A stretch of DNA of 64,000 nt from an uncultured delta proteobacterium. GTDB lineage: Bacteria; Desulfobacterota; Binatia; Binatales; Binataceae. Under the pieces are notes generated by a model, which did no database searches, was not told the DNA's origin, and saw only the letters and a program-made list of their open reading frames with translations. This document shows, one piece after another, positions 18,800 through 28,399 of the stretch (the first letter of the stretch is position 1; every line of letters begins with the position of its first letter). Location: the NCBI GenBank assembly GCA_963801665.1, contig CAWDFL010000003.1, forward strand, positions 280,901 to 344,900, read 5' to 3'. Position numbers and translations under genes: made by a program.

Positions 18800-19720
18800 A
18801 TGATCAGAATCACCGCCGTTACCCACCCGGACTGCAAGACTCGAGTCATTGTCGAGGGCCGAATAACTAAGGTCTCATCCGTCGAATTGGCCGGCGTATG
18901 CCAACAGCATCTCACGCGGGGAGGTAACCTGGAGCTTGATCTGTCGGAAGTGACCTTCGCGGACCGCGATGGCGTAGCCTTGGTGCACGATTTGATCAGC
19001 CAGGGCTGCGTACTTGCGGAGTGCTCGGAGCTGGTGCGCACGCTGGTCGACGATCACTCATCGCAGTCGCCGAAGTCTGATCGCGCAGGCGACGAAGCGC
19101 GGTTGCTTGCGAAACTACGCGCCGGCGAAGAGGGCGCATTCGAACTGGTGGTTCAGCGATACGGCGGGCGCATGCTCGCAACCGCGCGGAGATTTCTGAA
19201 CAATGAGTGCGACGCGCAGGATGCAGTTCAGGAGGCGTTTGCTTCCGCGCTTCGCGCGCTCGACAAATTCAACGGTGACGCGCTTTTGTCGACCTGGCTT
19301 CACCGAATCGTCGTAAACGCTGCTCTGGTGCAATTGCGGTCCAAAAGGCGCAGATGCGAGCAGCCGATAGAAACGTTGCTGCCGCGCTTTGGCCGAGACG
19401 GCGAATGGATCGACGAGCAAGTAACATGGACCAACGCGGCCGAAACCGTTCTCGAAAGTCGCGATTCGCGCGAGATGTTGCGGCGCTGCATCGAGCGACT
19501 TCCCGAGAAGTACCGTTCCGTCCTCGTGCTACGCGACATCGAGGAGCTGGATACTGACGAGGCTGCCCGGTCGCTCTCGGTCACTGTGAACACCGTCAAA
19601 GTGCGGCTCCATCGAGCTCGCCAGTCACTCAAGACTCTCATCGAGCGAGAGCGTGTGCTTCGGTCGCACAATTCGAACCACACGGCGGCGAGAAGTGGAA
19701 TCAAATCGCGGAACATGTGA
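18800..19720 (+). CDS. ECF sigma-70 factor with an N-terminal STAS-like domain
   Basis: N-terminal VIVEGRI...LDLSEVTFADRDGVALV (STAS), then DAQDAVQEAF, STWLHRIVVNAAL, LPEKYRSVLVLRDIEEL, VKVRLHRARQ. Confidence 0.88.
   Translation: MIRITAVTHPDCKTRVIVEGRITKVSSVELAGVCQQHLTRGGNLELDLSEVTFADRDGVALVHDLISQGCVLAECSELVRTLVDDHSSQSPKSDRAGDEARLLAKLRAGEEGAFELVVQRYGGRMLATARRFLNNECDAQDAVQEAFASALRALDKFNGDALLSTWLHRIVVNAALVQLRSKRRRCEQPIETLLPRFGRDGEWIDEQVTWTNAAETVLESRDSREMLRRCIERLPEKYRSVLVLRDIEELDTDEAARSLSVTVNTVKVRLHRARQSLKTLIERERVLRSHNSNHTAARSGIKSRNM
19686..19716 (+). repeat. 31-bp direct repeat, copy 2
   Basis: Identical to 12080..12110. Confidence 0.85.
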
Positions 19721-19836
19721 CCGGCGGTCGGAAACCCATGCAATAAGAGCAAGTTTGGGGCGTCTGGCCGGCCGGCTTCGCGATAGGAAATCTTGAGGCC
19801 ACCAATATCGGCGGCGCGGTAGTATATCCCCGGCAT
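19686..19836 (-). pseudogene. 5' remnant of an alpha/beta hydrolase paralogous to 11376..12251
   Basis: MPGIYYRAADIGGLKISYREAGRPDAPNLLLLHGFPTAGHMFRDLIPLLA; homology stops at the end of the 31-bp repeat. Confidence 0.8.
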
Positions 19837-19889
19837 GACAAAACCTCTGGGTAGAGATCGCGTTAACCTAACTGAGGACATCAATCGGG

Positions 19890-20245
19890 CTACTCAAGCC
19901 CGCGCGCTTAGGGAATGGTTTCGCGCCTTTGTTCTCGCCCACAAGGGCCTTTCGTTAGGACCAGAGTCGCTACACGAACTTGGGCCTCTGAACAGGATAC
20001 TCGAGCGCGACGACGCGTACGGGGCGATAGCAGTCAGGTCAGTCGATGCGCCCGATCGGTTGGCGACGTTCTGGACTTGAATGGCGCACCCTGCGCCGCT
20101 GGCAAACGCCGGACTCTCTCATCCTGCCGATTGCGCACGCAATAGCGAGCCTGCTTACTTCCGAGGATCTTTCTCACGTGAAGGCATGCGAAAGGTCTCC
20201 GTGCACACTCTTCTTCCTGGATAGGACTCGCAGTCAAGCTCGCTT
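19890..20245 (+). pseudogene. Internal fragment of an ABATE/CGNR zinc-finger protein
   Basis: ARALREWFRAFV...LNRILERDD, then after a frameshift RRWQTPDSLILPIA...VKACERSPCTLFFLDRTRS. Lacks the N-terminus and the WCSM..CGNR end. Confidence 0.7.
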
Positions 20246-20295
20246 CGCCGCTTCGTCGCCAGATCACGACGTTCGCAGATACCGGACCACGAGGC

Positions 20296-20925
20296 GTGTT
20301 ACGTCATCCACAAACCGGCCTGCTTTCTCATGCGGTTCAAATTTTTGGCGTCTGTTTTGTGATCCTCGCGGTTCTTATGTTCGCCAGCAGCCGCTTCGGT
20401 AAATTTCGCGCGCGCGACCGACTGCTCGAACGCCTGAAGCTCCGCGGAGACGAAACCGTGGTCGATGTCGGGTGTGGTCACGGGCTCCTGCTCATCGCCG
20501 CCGCCAAGATGCTGCCGCAAGGCCGCGCGGTCGGCATCGATCTCTGGTCGATGGATCAATCCGACAATTCGCGTGAAGCCACGCTCAGGAATGCCGCGCT
20601 CGAGGGAGTTGCCCAGCGAGTCAGCGTTTATGACGGAGACATGCGCAAAATGCCCTTCGCCGACCGCAGTTTCGACGCCACCGTCGCCCACTTCGCCATT
20701 CACAACGTTCGCCGCCGCGAAGGGCGCCGTGAAGCCATCCGTGAAATCGTGCGCACCCTCAATCAGGGCGGCCAGGTCGCGATTTCCGACATATTCAGCA
20801 TCGACCTCTACGCCGACGAGTTGCGCAAGTCGGACATGATCGATGTGGAAATATCCGGCCTCAGTTTCTGGACGTTTCCTCCCGCCCGCACCGTGACCGC
20901 AAGGAAGCATTCGCAATCGGTCTGA
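20296..20925 (+). CDS. Class I SAM-dependent methyltransferase with an N-terminal TM (5' end possibly truncated)
   Basis: VVDVGCGHG, GIDLW, GDMRKMPFADRSFD, AIHN motifs. Confidence 0.8.
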   Translation: MLRHPQTGLLSHAVQIFGVCFVILAVLMFASSRFGKFRARDRLLERLKLRGDETVVDVGCGHGLLLIAAAKMLPQGRAVGIDLWSMDQSDNSREATLRNAALEGVAQRVSVYDGDMRKMPFADRSFDATVAHFAIHNVRRREGRREAIREIVRTLNQGGQVAISDIFSIDLYADELRKSDMIDVEISGLSFWTFPPARTVTARKHSQSV

Positions 20926-20982
20926 TGGAAATGACCCTCTCGAAAGGGCGAGTTATGCTGTTACGCGATTAGGAGAAAGAAG

Positions 20983-21486
20983 ATGGATCAAGTCGGCACG
21001 CTTGAACGGGTATTCAGCTACAAGGCAAAGGCCAACAACGAGATCCTCGCGGCAATGCGACAATTTGACGGTTCTTCTCCTGCAAAAGCGATCGCCGTCA
21101 GAGTCCTCAACCACACTTATGCTGTCGACCGGATCTTCGCTGCGAACTTGCGCCGAGCCGAGCACGGATACACCTCGCCCAATCCCGGCCAGGCGCCATC
21201 GCTGGAAGAATTATCCGAGGCGATCAAGACCAGCGATCAGTGGTACATCGACTATGTATCTCGTCTGGATGAAGCGCAGTTGGCCGAGCGCATCGACTTT
21301 ACGTTTACCGATGGCTTGCCGGGCCGCATGTCACGCGAAGAAATGCTGATGCATGTGACGGTTCATGGCGAATATCACCGCGGGCAAATCAGTTTGATAA
21401 TGATGCAAAACTCGATCACGCCGCCAGGCGATGGCTTCACGAGCTTTTTGCATAAGACAGAAGCCTCAACCCGGCGCCTGGCCTGA
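20983..21486 (+). CDS. DinB family protein
   Basis: YKAKAN, LNHTYAVD, EMLMHVTVHGEYHRGQ His triad. Confidence 0.88.
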   Translation: MDQVGTLERVFSYKAKANNEILAAMRQFDGSSPAKAIAVRVLNHTYAVDRIFAANLRRAEHGYTSPNPGQAPSLEELSEAIKTSDQWYIDYVSRLDEAQLAERIDFTFTDGLPGRMSREEMLMHVTVHGEYHRGQISLIMMQNSITPPGDGFTSFLHKTEASTRRLA

Positions 21487-21607
21487 TGCGATGACATGAA
21501 CTTTGAAGTGAGATGGCTGATGTCGATGGTCAGCAGCAGGAGGTGTCGATGGGCGAAGTGTCGAACGCGAATGCGCCAGCGAATCTTGCGCTCAATCAGC
21601 TAAGACC

Positions 21608-22449
21608 TCATCCGGCGAATCGGGGCTCGGGCTTTCCTTTTACGCCGAGTCCCTTGATTGCGAATAGCGCGCCACCATCGGGGCCCGGATCCATGTTAAG
21701 CGTCTTCGTTCCGATCGATGTCGTGTAAAGCACGTCGAGGTTTTCACCGCCGAACATTGCGCTGGTGATGATCGGGACTGGAACCTCAACCGTGCGCGCG
21801 ATAGTGCTGTCCGGATTGAAGCACACGAACTTGCCGCCGCCGGCGATAGCCGACCAGAGATGGCCTTCCGCGTCGACGGTTGCACCGTCGGGCACGCCAC
21901 CCATCCCCTTCACTTTCACGAACTCGCGTTTGTTTGAGACCGTCCCGGTGGCGAGATCATAGTCGTAGGCGTAGATGGTTCGCGTCACGCTGTCCGATAG
22001 ATAGAAAGTTCGATTGTCGGGCTGAAGCACGGCCCGTTGGTTTTCAGAGCGCCATCGATGCTGAAAACGGATCCGGCCGGTTCGGCGAATTTCGTGTCCA
22101 GTGTGCCGGCGACGAATCTTCCGTGCGCATCGGTCTTGCCGTCATTGAAGGTGGTTCCCGGCTTGGCGACGATTCCGTTCGGCACCGGGGTCGTGTTGCC
22201 TGAATCAAAATCGAGGAAATAGAAGCCGTCGCTCAGCGCGCAGATGGCACCGCCTTTTTCACGGATCGCGAAGGAGCCGATCTGCTTCGGCATCGTCCAG
22301 CTCTTTACGTTGTTCGTTTTCGGATCGAGCCGGTAAATCGCCGGCGCATTGCCGTCGATCCAGTAGAGCGCCTGTTCAGCAACGTCCCATACCGGACCTT
22401 CGCCGAGCTTATTCTTTACGCCCGGGATTTTCTCGATCGAGATTGCCAT
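21608..22449 (-). pseudogene. SMP-30/gluconolactonase family protein with a frameshift near 22020 and an apparent short internal deletion
   Basis: LGEGPVWD, FNDGKTD, NGPCFSP|DNRTFYLSDS, PDGATVDAEG, FGGENLDVLY. Split over ORFs 21985..22515 and 21608..22030. Confidence 0.75.
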
Positions 22450-22592
22450 GATTGAACCTCTAGAAGCTGACGCGGTCCGCGCCGATTCTAGAATTTGCCG
22501 TACGAACCTGTCCAACCGATCGCGGAGGTATCTCCGATGGACAGTTTAATCCGAGCGCGCTTAGAATCCCGAGCCAGCAGGAGGATCAAGTC

Positions 22593-23108
22593 ATGGCGAC
22601 GACCCTCGAAGATCGGATCAGCAATCTTGAAGCGAAGGTATCGGAACTATACGACCGTGAGGCGATCCGTGATCTGCGCATGCGCTACCACGAATGCATC
22701 AACGACGGGAAAGTGGCCGAGATTCCAGATCTGTTCAGCGAAGACGGAGAGCTTGAGTTTGGCCATCTCGGCAACGCAAAGGGACGCGACAAGATCAGGG
22801 AGTTCTTCTCGGGGCTCGGCAGCAGGCCTTCCGAGATCGGGCAGCCGCGCCGCGGTCTCTATCGCGTGCGGCAGTTCATTCACAATCACGTGATCCATAT
22901 CCATGGCGATCGCGCCGACGGGTTCGCCTATCTCGAAGCCAAGCCCGTGTATAACGGCGAGAGCTACGTGGTCGCCGCGCGCTACAACGACGAATACGTG
23001 AAGCGCGACGGTCAGTGGAAATTCAGCAAGATGAGTCTGACGCCGTACTTCATGGTGCCGATCAAAGACGGATGGGCGGGCGATGACCTGCTGAAGATGG
23101 GGCATTAG
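22593..23108 (+). CDS. NTF2/SnoaL-like protein
   Basis: DREAIRDLRMRYHECIND...LFSEDG...HNHVI...YNDEYVKRDGQWKF. Confidence 0.85.
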   Translation: MATTLEDRISNLEAKVSELYDREAIRDLRMRYHECINDGKVAEIPDLFSEDGELEFGHLGNAKGRDKIREFFSGLGSRPSEIGQPRRGLYRVRQFIHNHVIHIHGDRADGFAYLEAKPVYNGESYVVAARYNDEYVKRDGQWKFSKMSLTPYFMVPIKDGWAGDDLLKMGH

Positions 23109-23195
23109 GCGCCCGATAACGGCTCGCCGGGAGCCGGCTCTGTCACCCTAAAGCCGATCTTCGCTAGAGTGGTTTTGCAACATCGAGGAACTCAA

Positions 23196-25070
23196 ATGAA
23201 CGCGGCAATCCGTATCGACCCCGAGACAGGCTTGAAAATCTTCAACACGCGCGCGGCCAAGGCTTCCGAAAAGATCGCCGGCAAAGGCTACTCCGTCCTT
23301 GCCGATCAGAAGCTTAAGGAGTTGCCGGAATTGCCGCCCGGCGCGACCTTCGATGCGGAAGAGCAGGCCAAGTACCGCGAATTCAAGGAGGCTCGCCGCG
23401 GCGCCGCCGACTACATGGCGATGGAGGGCGAGTTCAAGAAGTATCTGGACGACGTATATTCGGAGCCGCCGATTCCGCGCGAAGCGTTGACCGACGAATG
23501 CGAGATACTGGTGGTCGGCGCCGGTTTCGGCGGTCTGCTGCTATGGCACAAGCTGCGAGACGCGGGCTTCACCGATGTGCGCTTCTGCGAGAAGGGTGGC
23601 GATGTCGGCGGAACCTGGTACTGGAACCGCTATCCCGGAATCGCGTGCGACGTTGAATCCTATAGCTATCTCCCGCTGCTCGAGGAGATGGGCTATGTCC
23701 CGTCGATGAAGTTCGCGTCGGGTTTCGAGATCCTGGAATATTGCCAGAACATGGCGCAGAAGTTCGGCTTCTACGATCACTGTCTGTTCCATACGACGGT
23801 CGCGGGAACTACCTGGGACGAAGAATCGGGCCGCTGGATCGTCGAGACCGATCGCGGCGACAAGATGCGTGCGCGCTTCGTGATCCTTGCCAACGGCATC
23901 CTCACAACGCCGAAGCTCGCGCGCATCGCAGGGATGGAGAAGTTCAAAGGCGCGTCCTTTCACACCTCGCGCTGGGACTACAATATCGACCTTCGCGGCA
24001 AGACCGTCGGCATCATCGGCACCGGCGCTACCGCGGTGCAAGCGGTGCCGGAGCTCGCGAAGATCGTCGGGCAGCTCTACGTGTTCCAGCGCACGCCGTC
24101 CTCGGTCGACGTGCGTGACCAGCGCGCTACGACCGATGAAGAACGGGCGAGCTGGGCCAGAGAGCCCGGATGGGCCCGTGCGAGGCGCGCGCGCTTTTCG
24201 AAAATATCGCAGGGCCGCACGGCGATTCAGGCGAACGACGACTACCTGGCGGGCAAGATCAAAGACATCAGGCCGCTAAAGAAACACGAGCACGAGATCT
24301 CGCCGGAGGAGCTGCTCCGGAAGCAGCTCGATTCCAACTTCCGCATCATGGAGCAGATTCGCGCTCGCGTGGATGGGTTAGTCAAGGATCCGAAGACCGC
24401 GGCAGCATTGAAGCCATACTACCCGTATGGCTGTAAGCGGCCGACCTTCCACGATGAGTATCTGCAGACGTTCAACCTGCCGCACGTCCATCTGGTTGAT
24501 ACCGCGCCGCGTGGTGTGAGCGAGATAAATGAACGCGGCATCGTCCACGAGGGCGTCGAATATCCACTCGACGTGCTGATCTATGCGACCGGGTTCCAGT
24601 GGATGGGCACTTCGACCTTCAATATGGTAACCGGCCGCGACGGACGCACTCTGAAGGATAAGTGGGAAACGGAAGGGACCAGAACTTTCCTGGGCCTGCA
24701 TAGCCACGGCTTCCCCAACTTGTTCATCGTTACCGGCCCGCAGGGTGGCGGCGGCAGCTTCAACTTTACTGACGCGATCGATGCGCACGGTGACTATGTC
24801 GTGTGGATGTTGCGCACCATGCGCGAACGCGGCGCGCTAATCGTCGATGTCAAAAGGGAACCGGAAGAGCGTTACGTGGAGCATTGCCGCGATGTCGATA
24901 TCGCGACGGCGCCGCTTCGCGATTGCATCTCCTATTACAACGGTGAAGGCAACGCGAAGCCGGGGAGCCTCGCATATTACGGCGGCGGCCGATGGCACAA
25001 GTTCCGAGTCGAAGCACAATCGACGCTGGAACCCTACATCTTCGAAGGCGAAGAACGGTCCGGCAAATGA
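23196..25070 (+). CDS. Baeyer-Villiger monooxygenase (type I)
   Basis: GAGFGG, GGTWYWNRYPG, FKGASFHTSRWD fingerprint, GTGATAVQ, ATGF. Confidence 0.92.
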   Translation: MNAAIRIDPETGLKIFNTRAAKASEKIAGKGYSVLADQKLKELPELPPGATFDAEEQAKYREFKEARRGAADYMAMEGEFKKYLDDVYSEPPIPREALTDECEILVVGAGFGGLLLWHKLRDAGFTDVRFCEKGGDVGGTWYWNRYPGIACDVESYSYLPLLEEMGYVPSMKFASGFEILEYCQNMAQKFGFYDHCLFHTTVAGTTWDEESGRWIVETDRGDKMRARFVILANGILTTPKLARIAGMEKFKGASFHTSRWDYNIDLRGKTVGIIGTGATAVQAVPELAKIVGQLYVFQRTPSSVDVRDQRATTDEERASWAREPGWARARRARFSKISQGRTAIQANDDYLAGKIKDIRPLKKHEHEISPEELLRKQLDSNFRIMEQIRARVDGLVKDPKTAAALKPYYPYGCKRPTFHDEYLQTFNLPHVHLVDTAPRGVSEINERGIVHEGVEYPLDVLIYATGFQWMGTSTFNMVTGRDGRTLKDKWETEGTRTFLGLHSHGFPNLFIVTGPQGGGGSFNFTDAIDAHGDYVVWMLRTMRERGALIVDVKREPEERYVEHCRDVDIATAPLRDCISYYNGEGNAKPGSLAYYGGGRWHKFRVEAQSTLEPYIFEGEERSGK

Positions 25071-25193
25071 GACCGCGCGCAGCAGGGTAGGTTCCGCACG
25101 TTCCTGCGGATCCGAGCGCAGACGTTTGCTGCGCACATTCGAGTCTTGTCTCCGGCCTTCCCGCGCCTGAGCGTGATGCGGATCGGTTTAGCA

Positions 25194-25868
25194 ATGAAGC
25201 CAATCAAGAAAGATCGGTACGACGGCCTTGCGGATTGGTATGACGGGTGGAACAAGCCGCTCGCTGAGGCTAACGAAGCCGACTTGGTGCGGCTCCTGGG
25301 CGCGGGCGAGGGGCTGTGTCTGGACGTGGGATGCGGCACGGGTTTGTATTTCCAAGCCGTGAGCGGCACCGGCCGGATGCCGATCGGCGTGGATCGCTCG
25401 GCGGACCAACTGCGCTACGCACGGACTCGTGGCCAGTGCGCGCAGGCGGACGCCGCCGCGCTGCCATTCGCGGATGCTTGTTTTCCAACCGTGCTGATGG
25501 TGTGGCTATCCACGGATGTGAGTGATTTCACCTCGGTGGTGCGCGAAGCTGCGCGGGTGCTTCGGCCGGGCGGCCTGATGGTGTTCCGCGGTGCGCACCC
25601 ATGCTTCATGGGACCGCACATCGAGTATCGCGAGGACGGTGGCCGAATAATTCACCCGACTTATCGGTTATCCGGTTGGCATAAGGAACAGTCCTGGTGG
25701 AGGGGTCGTCACGGTCCACGTACTCGGGTCGGAATGTCGCATGTCCCCCTGGCGGACTTCCTGCGCGCCTTTCTCAATGCCGGCCTCGTGATCGACACCG
25801 TCGAGGAGCCTGAACCACAGCTTCCCGTGCCGGTCAGCCTGACACTGCGGCTGCTGCGACGTGAGTAA
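25194..25868 (+). CDS. Class I SAM-dependent methyltransferase
   Basis: YDGLADWYD, LDVGCGTG, ADAAALPF, VLRPGG. Confidence 0.85.
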   Translation: MKPIKKDRYDGLADWYDGWNKPLAEANEADLVRLLGAGEGLCLDVGCGTGLYFQAVSGTGRMPIGVDRSADQLRYARTRGQCAQADAAALPFADACFPTVLMVWLSTDVSDFTSVVREAARVLRPGGLMVFRGAHPCFMGPHIEYREDGGRIIHPTYRLSGWHKEQSWWRGRHGPRTRVGMSHVPLADFLRAFLNAGLVIDTVEEPEPQLPVPVSLTLRLLRRE

Positions 25869-25874
25869 TACGCG

Positions 25875-26769
25875 GTGGATGTCATCGAGCACAGATCAGA
25901 ACTCGGACACTGGCGGGTGACACAGCGGCGCGCCGACGCGCGCCTTCACACGTACGTTCATGGCTATCTCGCCGTTGAAGGCTATCGGCTTGAGGCAGTT
26001 CGGGAACGCCACCTGCCCTCGACAGAGGTCGCCCTTCTCATAAATTTCGGGGCGCCGCACAGAACACTCACGCCGGAAACGAAACGGTGGACCACCTTTG
26101 ACGACGCGTGGGTGGTCGGGCTTCACAATACTTACCACCTCACGGAAGCCGTCGGCGTTCGGCGGTTCATGGTTGTTCGGTTTAGCCCTATAGGCGCTCA
26201 CCTCTTTCTGCGCGTGCCAATGGATCTAATCGAGAATCAAACGGTGGAATTGGCGCAGTTCGATCCTAAGCTCGCCAGACTGCTGCGAACTCGGCTCGCC
26301 GCCGCGCCGAAATGGGAGACTCGGTTTGACGCGATCGAGTCTTTGATTGCTGAACGCGTGATATCGATGGCGTCAGAGGCAGAAGTGGTATTGGCAGCAT
26401 GGGGGAGGCTGCGTGACGCTCATGGTCGCATCGGACTTGGCTTGCTTGCCTCTGAGCTCCAGTATAGCCATCGTCGTCTGATCACGCAGTTTCGCGCCAG
26501 CGTTGGGCCGTTACCGAAGACGATCGCCAGGCTGCTCCGCTTCAATCGTGCGGTGCAACTTGTGAACCGACTCGGTCGGGACGTGACTATCGAGCCGGCT
26601 CAGCCGGCCATACATCGAGGTAGCGAAAACGTCCGGCTCGGATGGCGCACGGATTCGGTGGGCAGAAGTAGCGGCCGACTGCGGTTACTTTGATCAATCC
26701 CACTTCATCAAGGAATTCCAACGGTTCTCGGGACTCAGCCCGGTCGAGTTTCTCCGTCAAGAGCGATAG
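25875..26769 (+). CDS. AraC family regulator with a frameshift near 26600
   Basis: N-terminal DUF6597-like domain and PKTIARLLRF. The second HTH (WAEVAADCGYFDQSHFIKEFQRFSGLSP) continues in another frame to TAG at 26769. Confidence 0.8.
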
Positions 26770-26877
26770 TTTCCTCGTTTGAACGTCGCACGCGTCAAGC
26801 AAAATTTTACAATACGATCTGTCGCGCCAGAGCTATTGGTTCACCATCGGACAGTCATGAAGTTCGGACTCGCGGCC

Positions 26878-27738
26878 ATGGTGAAAGATTCGACGAGATC
26901 AAGCAGAACGGCGGAGGGAGCGGCGCTTATGCGGGCCGCTCATCAGGTTCTGGATGACAATCCGCTTATACTCGACGACCCGGTTTCCATCGGCCTCGTC
27001 GAGGGCTCCGGTCGCGAGGAACTTCTAGCGCGTGCCGACGAACTCGGAAGCGCCGGGCTGAAGGCGGCACGGTCGTTCTCGGTCATGCGAAGCCGCTTCG
27101 CCGAGGATTGTTTGCGAGAGGCGTTTGCCAACGGCGTCAGGCAGTTCGTCATGCTCGGAGCCGGATTCGACACCTTCGCTTACCGACAGCCCGAATGGGC
27201 GAAGGGACTGACAATTTTCGAGGTTGATCATCCTGCGACGCAAGCGGTGAAACATGAGCGCCTTGATACTCGCGCGATCCCGCGTCCGTTAAATCTGGTC
27301 TTTGTGCCCTGTGACTTCGAACAGGAGGCGTTGCCGGAAGTCCTATCGGCAGGGTCGCTGGATACCCGCACGCGAGCATTTTTCTCGTGGTTGGGCGTGA
27401 CACCCTATCTCAGCGTAGAGGCTATCGAGCTCACCTTGCGTTTCGTCGCGGCTCTTCCTCGCGGGTCTTCAATCGCGTTCACCTTCAACCTGCCGGAGTC
27501 GCTACTTGGCGGGTCCGCCCGCGAGCACCGGAAAATGAGCGTCAAATGGGCGGAGACGTTAGGAGAGCGGCATCTGACAATGCTGCCTCCTCAAGAATGG
27601 ATGGAGTTACTCAAACGAGCAGGTTTCACGTCGGTGTTTCATCTGACTCCTGAGATCGCCCAAGCGCGCTACTTCGCCGGGCGTCACGATGGCCTTGCGG
27701 CCGTGGAACATTCGCAGATGATGCTGGCGACGGTGTGA
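26878..27738 (+). CDS. SAM-dependent methyltransferase (leucine carboxyl methyltransferase-like)
   Basis: SRTAEGAALMRAAH, RSRFAED, QFVMLGAGFDTFAYR, FEVDHPATQ, WLGVTPYL. Confidence 0.88.
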   Translation: MVKDSTRSSRTAEGAALMRAAHQVLDDNPLILDDPVSIGLVEGSGREELLARADELGSAGLKAARSFSVMRSRFAEDCLREAFANGVRQFVMLGAGFDTFAYRQPEWAKGLTIFEVDHPATQAVKHERLDTRAIPRPLNLVFVPCDFEQEALPEVLSAGSLDTRTRAFFSWLGVTPYLSVEAIELTLRFVAALPRGSSIAFTFNLPESLLGGSAREHRKMSVKWAETLGERHLTMLPPQEWMELLKRAGFTSVFHLTPEIAQARYFAGRHDGLAAVEHSQMMLATV

Positions 27739-27842
27739 GCACGGCAAGCGTTTCTGCTCGGGCCATGGCATGAATCGCCGATAGTGGACACGGTGGTCTT
27801 GCTTGGTAGCGCAGGCGGTGTGCGTATGCCGCCGCGCGGCGC

Positions 27843-28343
27843 TTATTTCACGGCGCCGTTCAACCAGGCTTGGAATGTACGTCTGCGCTCCTTGTCGAAT
27901 GACTCGCTGGCGGCTGTCGTGATGATATCTGCGACAGAAATCGAAGCGAGGGCTTTGCGCCATTGCGTCTCCGCATCCAGAAACGCCTTCGTAATCGCAC
28001 AGCGCTGCTTGCATGCTGAGGGTGTTGCCGCGCACGGGCCGCGCTGACGAATTTCGGTACACCGAAATGCCGGCTCCGACCCTTCGATCGCCAAAGTAAT
28101 GTCCAGCAGAGTGATCTTGGCGGCCGGTTTGGCCAGACGGTAGCCGCCGCTCACCCCGCGGTTGGCCGTTACAATTCCCGCGCGCGATAGCGCCTGCAGG
28201 TGCTTGGCCAAATAGGCCGGCGGCAGCTCGTGAAACTCAGCGAGGCGGCCAGCCGGCAGTCCGAATCCAGCCGGTACTACGCCGAGCACGCCGCAGAGGT
28301 GGACCGCCCATTCGACGCCTTCTGCGATTCTCATTGCGGACAA
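27843..28343 (-). CDS. Rrf2 family transcriptional regulator
   Basis: EWAVH, YLAKHLQALSRAG, GGYRLAKP, FRCTEIRQRGPC...C...C. Confidence 0.9.
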   Translation of the reverse strand: MSAMRIAEGVEWAVHLCGVLGVVPAGFGLPAGRLAEFHELPPAYLAKHLQALSRAGIVTANRGVSGGYRLAKPAAKITLLDITLAIEGSEPAFRCTEIRQRGPCAATPSACKQRCAITKAFLDAETQWRKALASISVADIITTAASESFDKERRRTFQAWLNGAVK

Positions 28344-28399
28344 TTATCATCCATGTTAATTAGGATGCAAAATATCCGAATTTGAGAAGGATCGATCGC

